This document shows positions 47,270-55,089 of a DNA stretch of 64,000 bases, piece after piece. Origin of the DNA: an uncultured Desulfobulbaceae bacterium (GTDB lineage: Bacteria; Desulfobacterota; Desulfobulbia; Desulfobulbales; BM004); contig CALZHP010000005.1 of NCBI GenBank assembly GCA_945787325.1, positions 476-64,475 on the forward strand, given 5' to 3'. Numbering within the stretch: position 1 is the first letter of the stretch; each line of letters opens with the position of its first letter. The translations under genes were made by a program, and so were the position numbers. The notes beneath the pieces were generated by a model that made no database searches, was not told the origin of the DNA, and worked only from the letters and a program-made list of their open reading frames with translations.

Positions 47270-50200
47270 ATGGGGATTATTACATTAAATACACGGTTAT
47301 TTCTGATAACCATGTTTGCCGCTGCCGCGCTTTGTTTTATCTATACAGGTAACGCCATGGCATTGACATCGGCAGATTGTGCAGAATGCCATGCACCAAT
47401 TGTCGCTGACCCAATAAGTCCACATCATAATCTTGCAACTCAACAGGCCCTTTCGTGTTCAGCATGTCACCGTATGGCAAGTCCAACCTGTACTGACTGC
47501 CATGGAGACCCAATAATTGACCCGGCATTTCATGAAAATATTCATTCGAACATCAGCATCGCTCCTGACTGTTCCTCATGCCATAGCAACCCTGATATTA
47601 TCCCCGTCACTCACTCTAATAACTGTACAGTTTGCCATGACAGTACTAACCAGGTTGTTATTGATACCATAGCAGCCGGTTCGCAAGGTACTGCCGTCAA
47701 CTGTGAAAACTGTCACGGTGCCCTTTCTGAAGTACATACCCCAACACACGCTCAAATCAGTATCGCAACCGATTGTGCCGGCTGTCACGGTGACCCCGCC
47801 ATAGTACCTGTTACTCATAGCGATAACTGTGCAACATGTCATAACAGTACTGACCAGGCAGTAATTGATACCATTACTGCAGGTTTCAATGGCACACAGG
47901 TCGACTGTAACAATTGTCATATAAGCATTAACCATACAGCGCAACACGATCAAACCTTTGTACCTGAAGCGATTTGCGCCGATTGTCATGACGGTAATGT
48001 TGCGGTAGAACATACAGTTAATCACTCTTCAACTTGTACTGCTTGTCATAATGACCCATTGCTTGCTTCAATAATTGATAGTGGTAAAGCGGGCAATGCT
48101 GTAGTTTGCACGGACTGTCATACAGCTACAACACTTGCTTCTCATAATTCTCTTCATGACAAAACAGTACTTCCATCAGATGGATGTATTGAATGTCATG
48201 ATGCCAATGTAGCAGTTGAACATGTTGATAACAGGTCAATAGGCTGTACAGACTGCCATAACAGTACTCGACAAGAAGTACTGGATGCAATCGCCAACGG
48301 TATCTCTGGAATGACAGTTAACTGTTCAGATTGTCACCTTGGACCTCTTGATCATCAGGCAGCTCATGATATGACAAGGACAGACGATGTTTCCTGTCAG
48401 GACTGTCATAACCAGAATGTTGTAACAGAGCATGTCGACAACCAGGGCATTAGTTGCAGCAGCTGTCATGATGACCCAATGATACAAACTATCATTGCTT
48501 CAGGTGTGGCTGGCAACATTGTAGTGTGTGCTGACTGCCACATTATGTCCGACCACACAAACGCCCATAATAATACAGATGTAACGGATTCTGCCTGTCT
48601 CGAATGTCACGATCCGGATGTATCTGTTGAACACGTTGCCAACGGCGGCCTCAGCTGCCTTGTTTGCCATGGCAACACGACTTACGATGCGATCATTGAC
48701 AGCGGTAAAGGTATAGCAGGTACACTCGTAACCTGTGATGCATGTCACACAAATGCCGGTGATCATACAGCGGCACATGATATGACAAGTCTTAACTCAG
48801 GCGACTGTGCCGAGTGTCATAATGCCAATGTAGTTACAGAGCATGTTGATGTACGACTGTTAAGCTGTTCAACATGCCACTCTAGCACAGATGCTACGGT
48901 TCGGGCTGTAATAGAATCCGGCCAGAACGGTCAGGAAGTATTTTGTTCAGATTGTCATGTGGGTGCCGGAATGCACTCAGATGAGCATGATATGGTAGAC
49001 GTACCAGATTCTTTATGTGCAGACTGCCATAATGGAAATGTTGTAATTGAGCACGTTGATAATCGAGCTCTTACCTGTAATACATGTCACGGTGATCCTG
49101 AACTTCAGAGAATCATTCAGTCCGGCATGAATGGAACTGCTCTTGATTGTTACGATTGTCATATGACAACTGATCATGCAGCTGAACACGACAATACAGA
49201 CGTTCCATCAGCGGAATGTGCAGAATGTCATGACGGCAATGTTACAGTAGAGCATATTGACAACCGCGGCTTAAGTTGTCTTGTCTGTCACGGCAGTGCT
49301 ACGTACGACTCAATCATTGCAGCGGGACAGACTGGTACACAAGTAACATGTACAGACTGTCACGGTGCAGCAGATCATAGTGCGGCCCATGACATGACTG
49401 TTGTACCGCAAGCGGTATGTGCTGATTGTCATGATCCGAATGTAGTAGTAGAACACGTTGATAACCGAGGTTTCGATTGCGGAATCTGTCATAACAGCTC
49501 ATATCAAGGCATAATTGATTCAGGTATTGCCGGCAATCAGGTTAGTTGTTTAAACTGCCATAATACTCCGGATCATCATGCAAACTCGAATGACGCAAAA
49601 TCAGGGAACTGTACACTGTGTCATCAAGTAACGAGTAGTGCAATGGATGCTCCTGTTATTGGCGCCTGTCGCGAATGTCATATAAATAATCAGGGATATG
49701 TCCTTCAGAAGAACCTGTCGAGTGTGTTAACTAGCCATAGAATTAACACCCAGGGCGATATCCAGGATTTTGGTGCCTGTATTACCTGCCACAACTACAG
49801 CAGCAATTCTGCTCCTTATGTCCAACCTTATCACGCTAAGCCGAGCAGCAAGCCGCGATACTATATCAACAACATTACCGAGGCTCCGGGCCGTGGTTCC
49901 TTCAACCTCTTCTACGACCAATGGCATAGAAATAGTGGCGAAGACAACGAAGGCAAGGAACCAGGATGTGGTGAAGATAGCAGCTGTAACGGTAGCAGCT
50001 GGCGCAATCCAGAAATCAGTTTCCAGTGGTTAACTATAGATTACAATGGAAATCTGTATGATGTACCGGCTTTCTCTGATAGTGGTAATAGACCGGACGG
50101 AGGAGGTCCTCCTGTTGATCCGCCTACCGGTGGTGGCTGTGAAATTGATGCGAATGGGACCTATGTTGAATCCGAAAATTATAATGCCCTTGGCAACAAC

Positions 50201-50917
50201 TGGTCCGTACAAAGTGGCGACGGAAACGGCAATGGTTATCTGTATGCTACAGCAAACAGCACTAGCTCTGTTTCCGGTAGCCCGGCTGAATACGACCTTA
50301 CCTTTACCGAGTCCGGCACCTACTACATCTGGTTCCGTGGTAAAGATAATGGAAGTTCAGATGACAACTCACTCTGGTATGGAGTTGATGGTTCCATGAA
50401 AGGCAACGCTACAACTCCTGCAACAAACAATAACTGGAGTTGGACAAGGACCCCTCATAATACTGGTCCAAATCCAACCCGCATAACCATAAACAGCGCC
50501 GGCACATATACCGTTACTATATGGGCCAGGGAGAATGGCTTCCGATTCGACGGCTTCTATGTAACCAAGAGCAGCAGCTCAATATCCGGTTCCATTCCCA
50601 GCGGTGCTGACATTGTTGATCCCACCAACTGCGGTGGCGGAGGTGAACCACCTGTAGATCCACCTCCTGCTAACGATGACTCCGTAAACATCACCTATGC
50701 AGATTATTCATCATGGAGAGATAGGTTAAGGGTCTATGCTGAGAATGACCTCGATGATGAAGCGAATCTGAGCTTGACCTGGTGTGGAGAATCCTATTCG
50801 ATGAGTTATATTTCGAGTAATGACCGCTGGGAGAAGGAAGTCAACAACGTCAACGACTGTGGTGATGTTACGGTAACTTCAGATAGGGGCGGCAGTGATA
50901 CTGCAACGGCCAACTAA
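47270..50917 (+). CDS. Giant multihaem c-type cytochrome (about 36 CxxCH motifs) with lectin/CBM-like beta-sandwich insertion, secreted
   Basis: I preferred the ATG at 47270 (gggagg RBS; MGIITLNTRLFLITMF... parallels the cytochrome 1 N-terminus). The track start is 47228. My hand count gives 36 CxxCH motifs. Long stretches are collinear with the C-terminal two thirds of cytochrome 1. Confidence 0.9.
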   Translation: MGIITLNTRLFLITMFAAAALCFIYTGNAMALTSADCAECHAPIVADPISPHHNLATQQALSCSACHRMASPTCTDCHGDPIIDPAFHENIHSNISIAPDCSSCHSNPDIIPVTHSNNCTVCHDSTNQVVIDTIAAGSQGTAVNCENCHGALSEVHTPTHAQISIATDCAGCHGDPAIVPVTHSDNCATCHNSTDQAVIDTITAGFNGTQVDCNNCHISINHTAQHDQTFVPEAICADCHDGNVAVEHTVNHSSTCTACHNDPLLASIIDSGKAGNAVVCTDCHTATTLASHNSLHDKTVLPSDGCIECHDANVAVEHVDNRSIGCTDCHNSTRQEVLDAIANGISGMTVNCSDCHLGPLDHQAAHDMTRTDDVSCQDCHNQNVVTEHVDNQGISCSSCHDDPMIQTIIASGVAGNIVVCADCHIMSDHTNAHNNTDVTDSACLECHDPDVSVEHVANGGLSCLVCHGNTTYDAIIDSGKGIAGTLVTCDACHTNAGDHTAAHDMTSLNSGDCAECHNANVVTEHVDVRLLSCSTCHSSTDATVRAVIESGQNGQEVFCSDCHVGAGMHSDEHDMVDVPDSLCADCHNGNVVIEHVDNRALTCNTCHGDPELQRIIQSGMNGTALDCYDCHMTTDHAAEHDNTDVPSAECAECHDGNVTVEHIDNRGLSCLVCHGSATYDSIIAAGQTGTQVTCTDCHGAADHSAAHDMTVVPQAVCADCHDPNVVVEHVDNRGFDCGICHNSSYQGIIDSGIAGNQVSCLNCHNTPDHHANSNDAKSGNCTLCHQVTSSAMDAPVIGACRECHINNQGYVLQKNLSSVLTSHRINTQGDIQDFGACITCHNYSSNSAPYVQPYHAKPSSKPRYYINNITEAPGRGSFNLFYDQWHRNSGEDNEGKEPGCGEDSSCNGSSWRNPEISFQWLTIDYNGNLYDVPAFSDSGNRPDGGGPPVDPPTGGGCEIDANGTYVESENYNALGNNWSVQSGDGNGNGYLYATANSTSSVSGSPAEYDLTFTESGTYYIWFRGKDNGSSDDNSLWYGVDGSMKGNATTPATNNNWSWTRTPHNTGPNPTRITINSAGTYTVTIWARENGFRFDGFYVTKSSSSISGSIPSGADIVDPTNCGGGGEPPVDPPPANDDSVNITYADYSSWRDRLRVYAENDLDDEANLSLTWCGESYSMSYISSNDRWEKEVNNVNDCGDVTVTSDRGGSDTATAN

Positions 50918-50960
50918 TAATAAGGCAATCCTGCTGATGTAAGCAGTATAACTATAAAAA

Positions 50961-50998
50961 GCGGCTTCGCAAAATCGAAGCCGCTTTTTTATTTTTTT
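50961..50998 (+). terminator. Rho-independent terminator of cassette 2
   Basis: Stem gcggcttcg / cgaagccgc with loop caaaat, followed by ttttttattttttt. Confidence 0.85.
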
Positions 50999-51116
50999 CA
51001 ATCAATAACCTTTTAAAAAAAAGCAAAATTATTGTTTCCTTGTTATATTAGTAATGTTTGTCTTTAGAACTGGATAAGTTATTTGTAGTTCTTGAGGCTT
51101 TCATAAGGTATTATTT

Positions 51117-51917
51117 ATGCTTCAAATCAATGAAAAAGAAATTCCTTTCTCTGAAGGTTTAACTCCTGCCGATTTTGCCCAGACAGTTAAACCTGACGCT
51201 GATCTTTTTATTGTCAATGGTTATCCTGTTTCCTCTGATACTCCTTTGCGTGATGGTGATGTTTGCTGTTGTATCAAAAAAGGAGAAATACCTTCTCATG
51301 AAGAAATGGAATGCCTTCTTACTGCACGTCATACTCCAGGTGTTCATAAAATAGCGAAAAAGTCAGTTGTCGGTATTATGGGACTTGGCGGACTTGGTTC
51401 CCCATTGGCTGTTGCTTTGACCAGGGTCGGTGTTGGAAAACTGTTGCTTGCAGATTTTGATGTGGTAGAACCCAGCAATTTAAACAGGCAACAATATTTT
51501 GTTGACCAGATTGGCAAAAAAAAAACCGAAGCTTTGAAAGAGAATCTGCTTCGCATGAATCCTTATATTAATATTGAAACAATCGACAAACGACTAACAG
51601 AAGATAACATTGCAAACATTTTTGATAATGTTGATGTGTTGGCAGAATGTTTTGACGATGCAGTAATGAAAGCGGCGGCACTTAGAGCTGTATTAACCAG
51701 TCTACCCGATACTTACTATGTCGGAGCTTCAGGTATGGCTGGTTATGAAGAAAATAATATGATAACTACAAAGCAGTTATACCCTAAAGTTTTTATTGTT
51801 GGTGATGGCACCTCTGCCGCTTGCCCCGGCCAGGGATTAATGGCACCACGTGTAGGTATCGCAGCGCATCATCAGGCTAATCAGGTTTTACGGCTGCTCA
51901 TAAAAAAAGATAATTAA
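51117..51917 (+). CDS. thiF: ThiF-family E1-like adenylyltransferase with N-terminal ThiS/MoaD-like beta-grasp domain
   Basis: Residues 1-60 are ThiS-like but lack a C-terminal GG. The ThiF core follows: VGIMGLGGLGSPLAVALTRVGVGKLLLADFDVVEPSNLNRQ. The short family-2 ThiF architecture ends with GLMAPRVGIAAHHQAN. Confidence 0.75.
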   Translation: MLQINEKEIPFSEGLTPADFAQTVKPDADLFIVNGYPVSSDTPLRDGDVCCCIKKGEIPSHEEMECLLTARHTPGVHKIAKKSVVGIMGLGGLGSPLAVALTRVGVGKLLLADFDVVEPSNLNRQQYFVDQIGKKKTEALKENLLRMNPYINIETIDKRLTEDNIANIFDNVDVLAECFDDAVMKAAALRAVLTSLPDTYYVGASGMAGYEENNMITTKQLYPKVFIVGDGTSAACPGQGLMAPRVGIAAHHQANQVLRLLIKKDN

Positions 51918-51934
51918 TACCAGGAATATATTTA

Positions 51935-52135
51935 ATGAAAATTATTTGTAACGGAACAGAAAAAGAAATCCGTTCAGGCATCACGCTTATAGATTTTATT
52001 TCGGAACAGGATTTGAATCCTGATACAGTTGTTGCTGAATACGAGGGAAAAATCATTAGTAGAGACGAATATGAAACTCTTATGCTTGAAGAAAACAGCA
52101 AACTTGAGCTCATTCGATTTGTTGGAGGCGGATGA
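51935..52135 (+). CDS. thiS: ThiS-type sulfur-carrier / ubiquitin-like beta-grasp protein ending in GG
   Basis: 66 aa. MKIICNGTEKEI...ELIRFVGGG matches the canonical ThiS length and C-terminal Gly-Gly. Confidence 0.8.
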   Translation: MKIICNGTEKEIRSGITLIDFISEQDLNPDTVVAEYEGKIISRDEYETLMLEENSKLELIRFVGGG

Positions 52136-52136
52136 C

Positions 52137-54206
52137 ATGAATAACTGTTGTCATTATCAACATTTTATTTGCTTCAACAAACAAAGCGGACGATCTTTTC
52201 AAAGATTTAAATATTCACTTATGTTAACCGCTCTGTTTTTGGCTTGTTTTTCATTCGCAATTGCACCCTCCCCTTTATTATCAGCAGAAGGTAATACTAA
52301 AACTATCGAAATTGCCGGAAGAGTTTTTTCGAAATACGGACCATTAAGCGGAGCTGTCATTGAAGCTTATTCACATTATGCCGATATTCGTTCAGGTTCC
52401 CCATTGTTTTCATCTAAACCATCAGATAAAGATGGCCTATACAAACTCACCCTCCCAGAAGGTAAATACTATTTTACCGCAAGAGGAACTGTAAACAACG
52501 AAGATCAATTTGCTTTCCACGGCAACAATCCAATTGGAATAACTTCAGATGATGTCTGGATTCCTTTTATGACCAATAAAGTTACCCAGGCTCAATATAC
52601 TGATGGTGAAGGTTTGATAAAAGGCGTCATAACACTTAAAGGAAAACCTCTAAAAAATGCTTACATAACAGCTTATCTGGCAAGTGCAAAAACATTCAAA
52701 GGTCTTGGCTTCAAAACACAATCCGCTCGTGATGATGGCTCGTTTCAAATGTCACTTCCTGTAGGAGAATATGTTATTGTCGCAAAGAGGATGAAGGACG
52801 GCGGCGGAGTTCGACCTTTACAACGTGGTGATCTTATCGGATATTTCCCCGGGAATCCGGTTGAAATCAGGCCTTGGCAAGATGTGCAGGTCGAAGTTCC
52901 CACCTATCCGAGGGGTGACCGTACAGCATTTATCGATGTGCCGGAAATCAAGGATAACGATTTCACAATCATTGAAGATCTTGCACTTCAGACAGGTACG
53001 GGTATTAAAGGAAAAGTTGTTGATGTCAACAATAAGCCCTTATCCGGAATTTACGTATTAGCTTATAAAACAACTTCCGATACCGTTTTCCAGATGTATC
53101 ATCTTAGTCATGGTACGCAATATTCTTCAAAAACAGATGAAAAAGGCAACTACTTTATTCCTGTTGATAACTCAGGTACTTATTACGTAGTTGCCAGAAA
53201 CATACTCGGTGATGGACCACACCGCGATGAAATTTACGGTCTCTTCCAAGGAACAGCAAATCATACAGTATTATTTAAAGAAGGAAAACACCTGGAAAAT
53301 ATTGACATTGTTGCCGGAGTGACCATGGACCAGAATTCGGTAGTCCAGCTGAAAGCTGCCCCCACTCGTATTGAAAATCCGGTGATTGAAACTGATACTA
53401 CAATATCTGAAAATACTATCTGGGCGGGAGTAGCAACTATTAATGGTGTAGTTTCTATAAAACGAGGTGCGACTCTTGTTTTAGAACCGGGCACCGTGGT
53501 CAAATTCAAAAAGCTTGACCGAGACCGCAACGGCATAGGTGATGGTGAAATCCTAGTTGAAGGAACTATCATTGCTAAAGGAACACCTGATAGAAAAATT
53601 ATATTCACTTCAGCTGAAGCTGAGCCCAAAGCACGTGATTATTCGTACGTTAATATTTTAGCAACTGAGACGGAAAACATTTTTGAATATTGTGTTTTTG
53701 AATATGGTTTTTCAGGTATGCAGATTCATTATTCAAATGCAACAATAACAGACAGCCTTTTTCATAAAAATGGTGAAGGACTACATTTCAACACAGTCAA
53801 TGTGAATGCTTTTCACAATGTCTTTTCTCAGAACGGAGTTGGTATAAAGTTTTCACGACTTGAAGGGAAAGTGCTTATAAAGAATAATTTGGTTACCGAT
53901 AACAAAATTGGTATCCAGTTTGTACACCAGCATATTAATGCAGTTGATTTTGATAATTTACACAAGGTGTTGGAGCCCCCCGTTTTTGTTAATAACAACA
54001 TATTCAACAATAAAAAATACAACTTCACTATTGGAGACCGCCAGGAGATCGACATTAAGGTAAAAGATAACTGGTGGGGAAGTGATGACTCCAACAAGAT
54101 TGCTGATTCTATTTTTGATAAAGTAGATGATGACGAGTTGGGTCAGGTGTTTTATGATCCATTCCTGACGCAGATCTATCCCGATGCTGGCATAAGAACA
54201 AACTAA
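52137..54206 (+). CDS. Secreted protein: three carboxypeptidase-regulatory-like (CarboxypepD_reg) domains + right-handed parallel beta-helix (NosD/PbH1-like) domain
   Basis: Start set at the ATG at 52137 (ggagg 8 nt upstream, 1 nt after the thiS stop). The track ORF begins inside thiS. Signal/TM segment LMLTALFLACFSFAIAP. Repeated G-(R/K)-V-x-x-x-x-G-x-P-L-x-x-A-x-(I/V)...DG-x-(Y/F)-x-(L/I/M)-x-(L/V)-P-x-G-x-Y units. PbH1-type repeats end in DNWWGSDD. Confidence 0.65.
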   Translation: MNNCCHYQHFICFNKQSGRSFQRFKYSLMLTALFLACFSFAIAPSPLLSAEGNTKTIEIAGRVFSKYGPLSGAVIEAYSHYADIRSGSPLFSSKPSDKDGLYKLTLPEGKYYFTARGTVNNEDQFAFHGNNPIGITSDDVWIPFMTNKVTQAQYTDGEGLIKGVITLKGKPLKNAYITAYLASAKTFKGLGFKTQSARDDGSFQMSLPVGEYVIVAKRMKDGGGVRPLQRGDLIGYFPGNPVEIRPWQDVQVEVPTYPRGDRTAFIDVPEIKDNDFTIIEDLALQTGTGIKGKVVDVNNKPLSGIYVLAYKTTSDTVFQMYHLSHGTQYSSKTDEKGNYFIPVDNSGTYYVVARNILGDGPHRDEIYGLFQGTANHTVLFKEGKHLENIDIVAGVTMDQNSVVQLKAAPTRIENPVIETDTTISENTIWAGVATINGVVSIKRGATLVLEPGTVVKFKKLDRDRNGIGDGEILVEGTIIAKGTPDRKIIFTSAEAEPKARDYSYVNILATETENIFEYCVFEYGFSGMQIHYSNATITDSLFHKNGEGLHFNTVNVNAFHNVFSQNGVGIKFSRLEGKVLIKNNLVTDNKIGIQFVHQHINAVDFDNLHKVLEPPVFVNNNIFNNKKYNFTIGDRQEIDIKVKDNWWGSDDSNKIADSIFDKVDDDELGQVFYDPFLTQIYPDAGIRTN

Positions 54207-54222
54207 ATATTCTGATAATCAC

Positions 54223-55089
54223 ATGAAAATATTTTTATATTACGTATTGTTTTTCTCCCTTATGTTTTCCTCCTATGCGTTTGCGCAAGAGGGAAAAAAA
54301 CCGCAAACAATTGGAATTGGATCATTAAGCGGTAGAATAATACCAAATGACCAGAATAGAGAATCCATACAATCTGGTGCGACCATAATTGCCTTTTTCA
54401 ATAAGGCCTCAGGCCCACCACCATCACCAGGTCGTAGACATAGAGTGCCAGATCAAATTACAAGGTTAGGAAGTGATTTACTTTTTAAAACTTCTCTTTT
54501 AGAGGGTGAGTACTATATCGGGGTTATATCGAGAAAATCACCTCGGGCAATTGGTCCTCCACAAGAAGGTGATTTTTCTTTTGTTGCTTTTGATAATGAA
54601 AATAAACCGAAGGTTTTTTTAGTCAAGGCAGGTGAAAATACTGACACAGGACCTCTCGAGGGAAAAGTTTTAAGAGAAATCAAAGAGGTAAAATCCGATG
54701 TAGAATACTTTACTATTGAGGGATTTATAAAAGACGGCTTGGGAGCACCTCTAAAAGAGGCAGTTATTATTGCTTTCAAGGTGGGAGAAAGTCGCAGGCG
54801 TCCTGAATACGTACTACGTAACAGCAGCGAAGAAGGACATTATTCAATTAAGCTTGCTACTAGGAATTCGTATTTCATAACAGTGCGAACAGGTATTGGA
54901 GGCGGACAACCATCTCCGGGTGAATATATTGGCCGCTATGGCGGCAATAACCCTATAACTGTTTCCGGCAACAAAGATGAGATATTAAAAGATATAAATA
55001 TTAACGTATTCAAAATTCCAGAACCTGGCGCGAGCAAAGATAAATTCAATAACAGACCGGGTGTAGCACCTCGCCCGCAAGGTCCTTGA
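54223..55089 (+). CDS. Secreted protein with carboxypeptidase-regulatory-like beta-sandwich repeats
   Basis: Signal peptide MKIFLYYVLFFSLMFSSYAFA. Segments LEGEYYIGVISR and GHYSIKLATRNSYFITVR resemble those of the neighbouring CarboxypepD_reg proteins. Confidence 0.5.
   Translation: MKIFLYYVLFFSLMFSSYAFAQEGKKPQTIGIGSLSGRIIPNDQNRESIQSGATIIAFFNKASGPPPSPGRRHRVPDQITRLGSDLLFKTSLLEGEYYIGVISRKSPRAIGPPQEGDFSFVAFDNENKPKVFLVKAGENTDTGPLEGKVLREIKEVKSDVEYFTIEGFIKDGLGAPLKEAVIIAFKVGESRRRPEYVLRNSSEEGHYSIKLATRNSYFITVRTGIGGGQPSPGEYIGRYGGNNPITVSGNKDEILKDININVFKIPEPGASKDKFNNRPGVAPRPQGP

Noticed and set aside
50999-51116. Possible TPP riboswitch upstream of thiF.
   Set aside because: I looked for the conserved CUGAGA and ACCUGAUCUGGAUAAUGCCAGCG-type elements and found none. 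There is only a short AGAACT/AGTTCT hairpin.
52029-52136. Upstream extension of the beta-helix protein ORF into thiS.
   Set aside because: The ATG at 52137 has a GGAGG 8 nt upstream and follows the thiS stop by 1 nt. The extension overlaps thiS in another frame.
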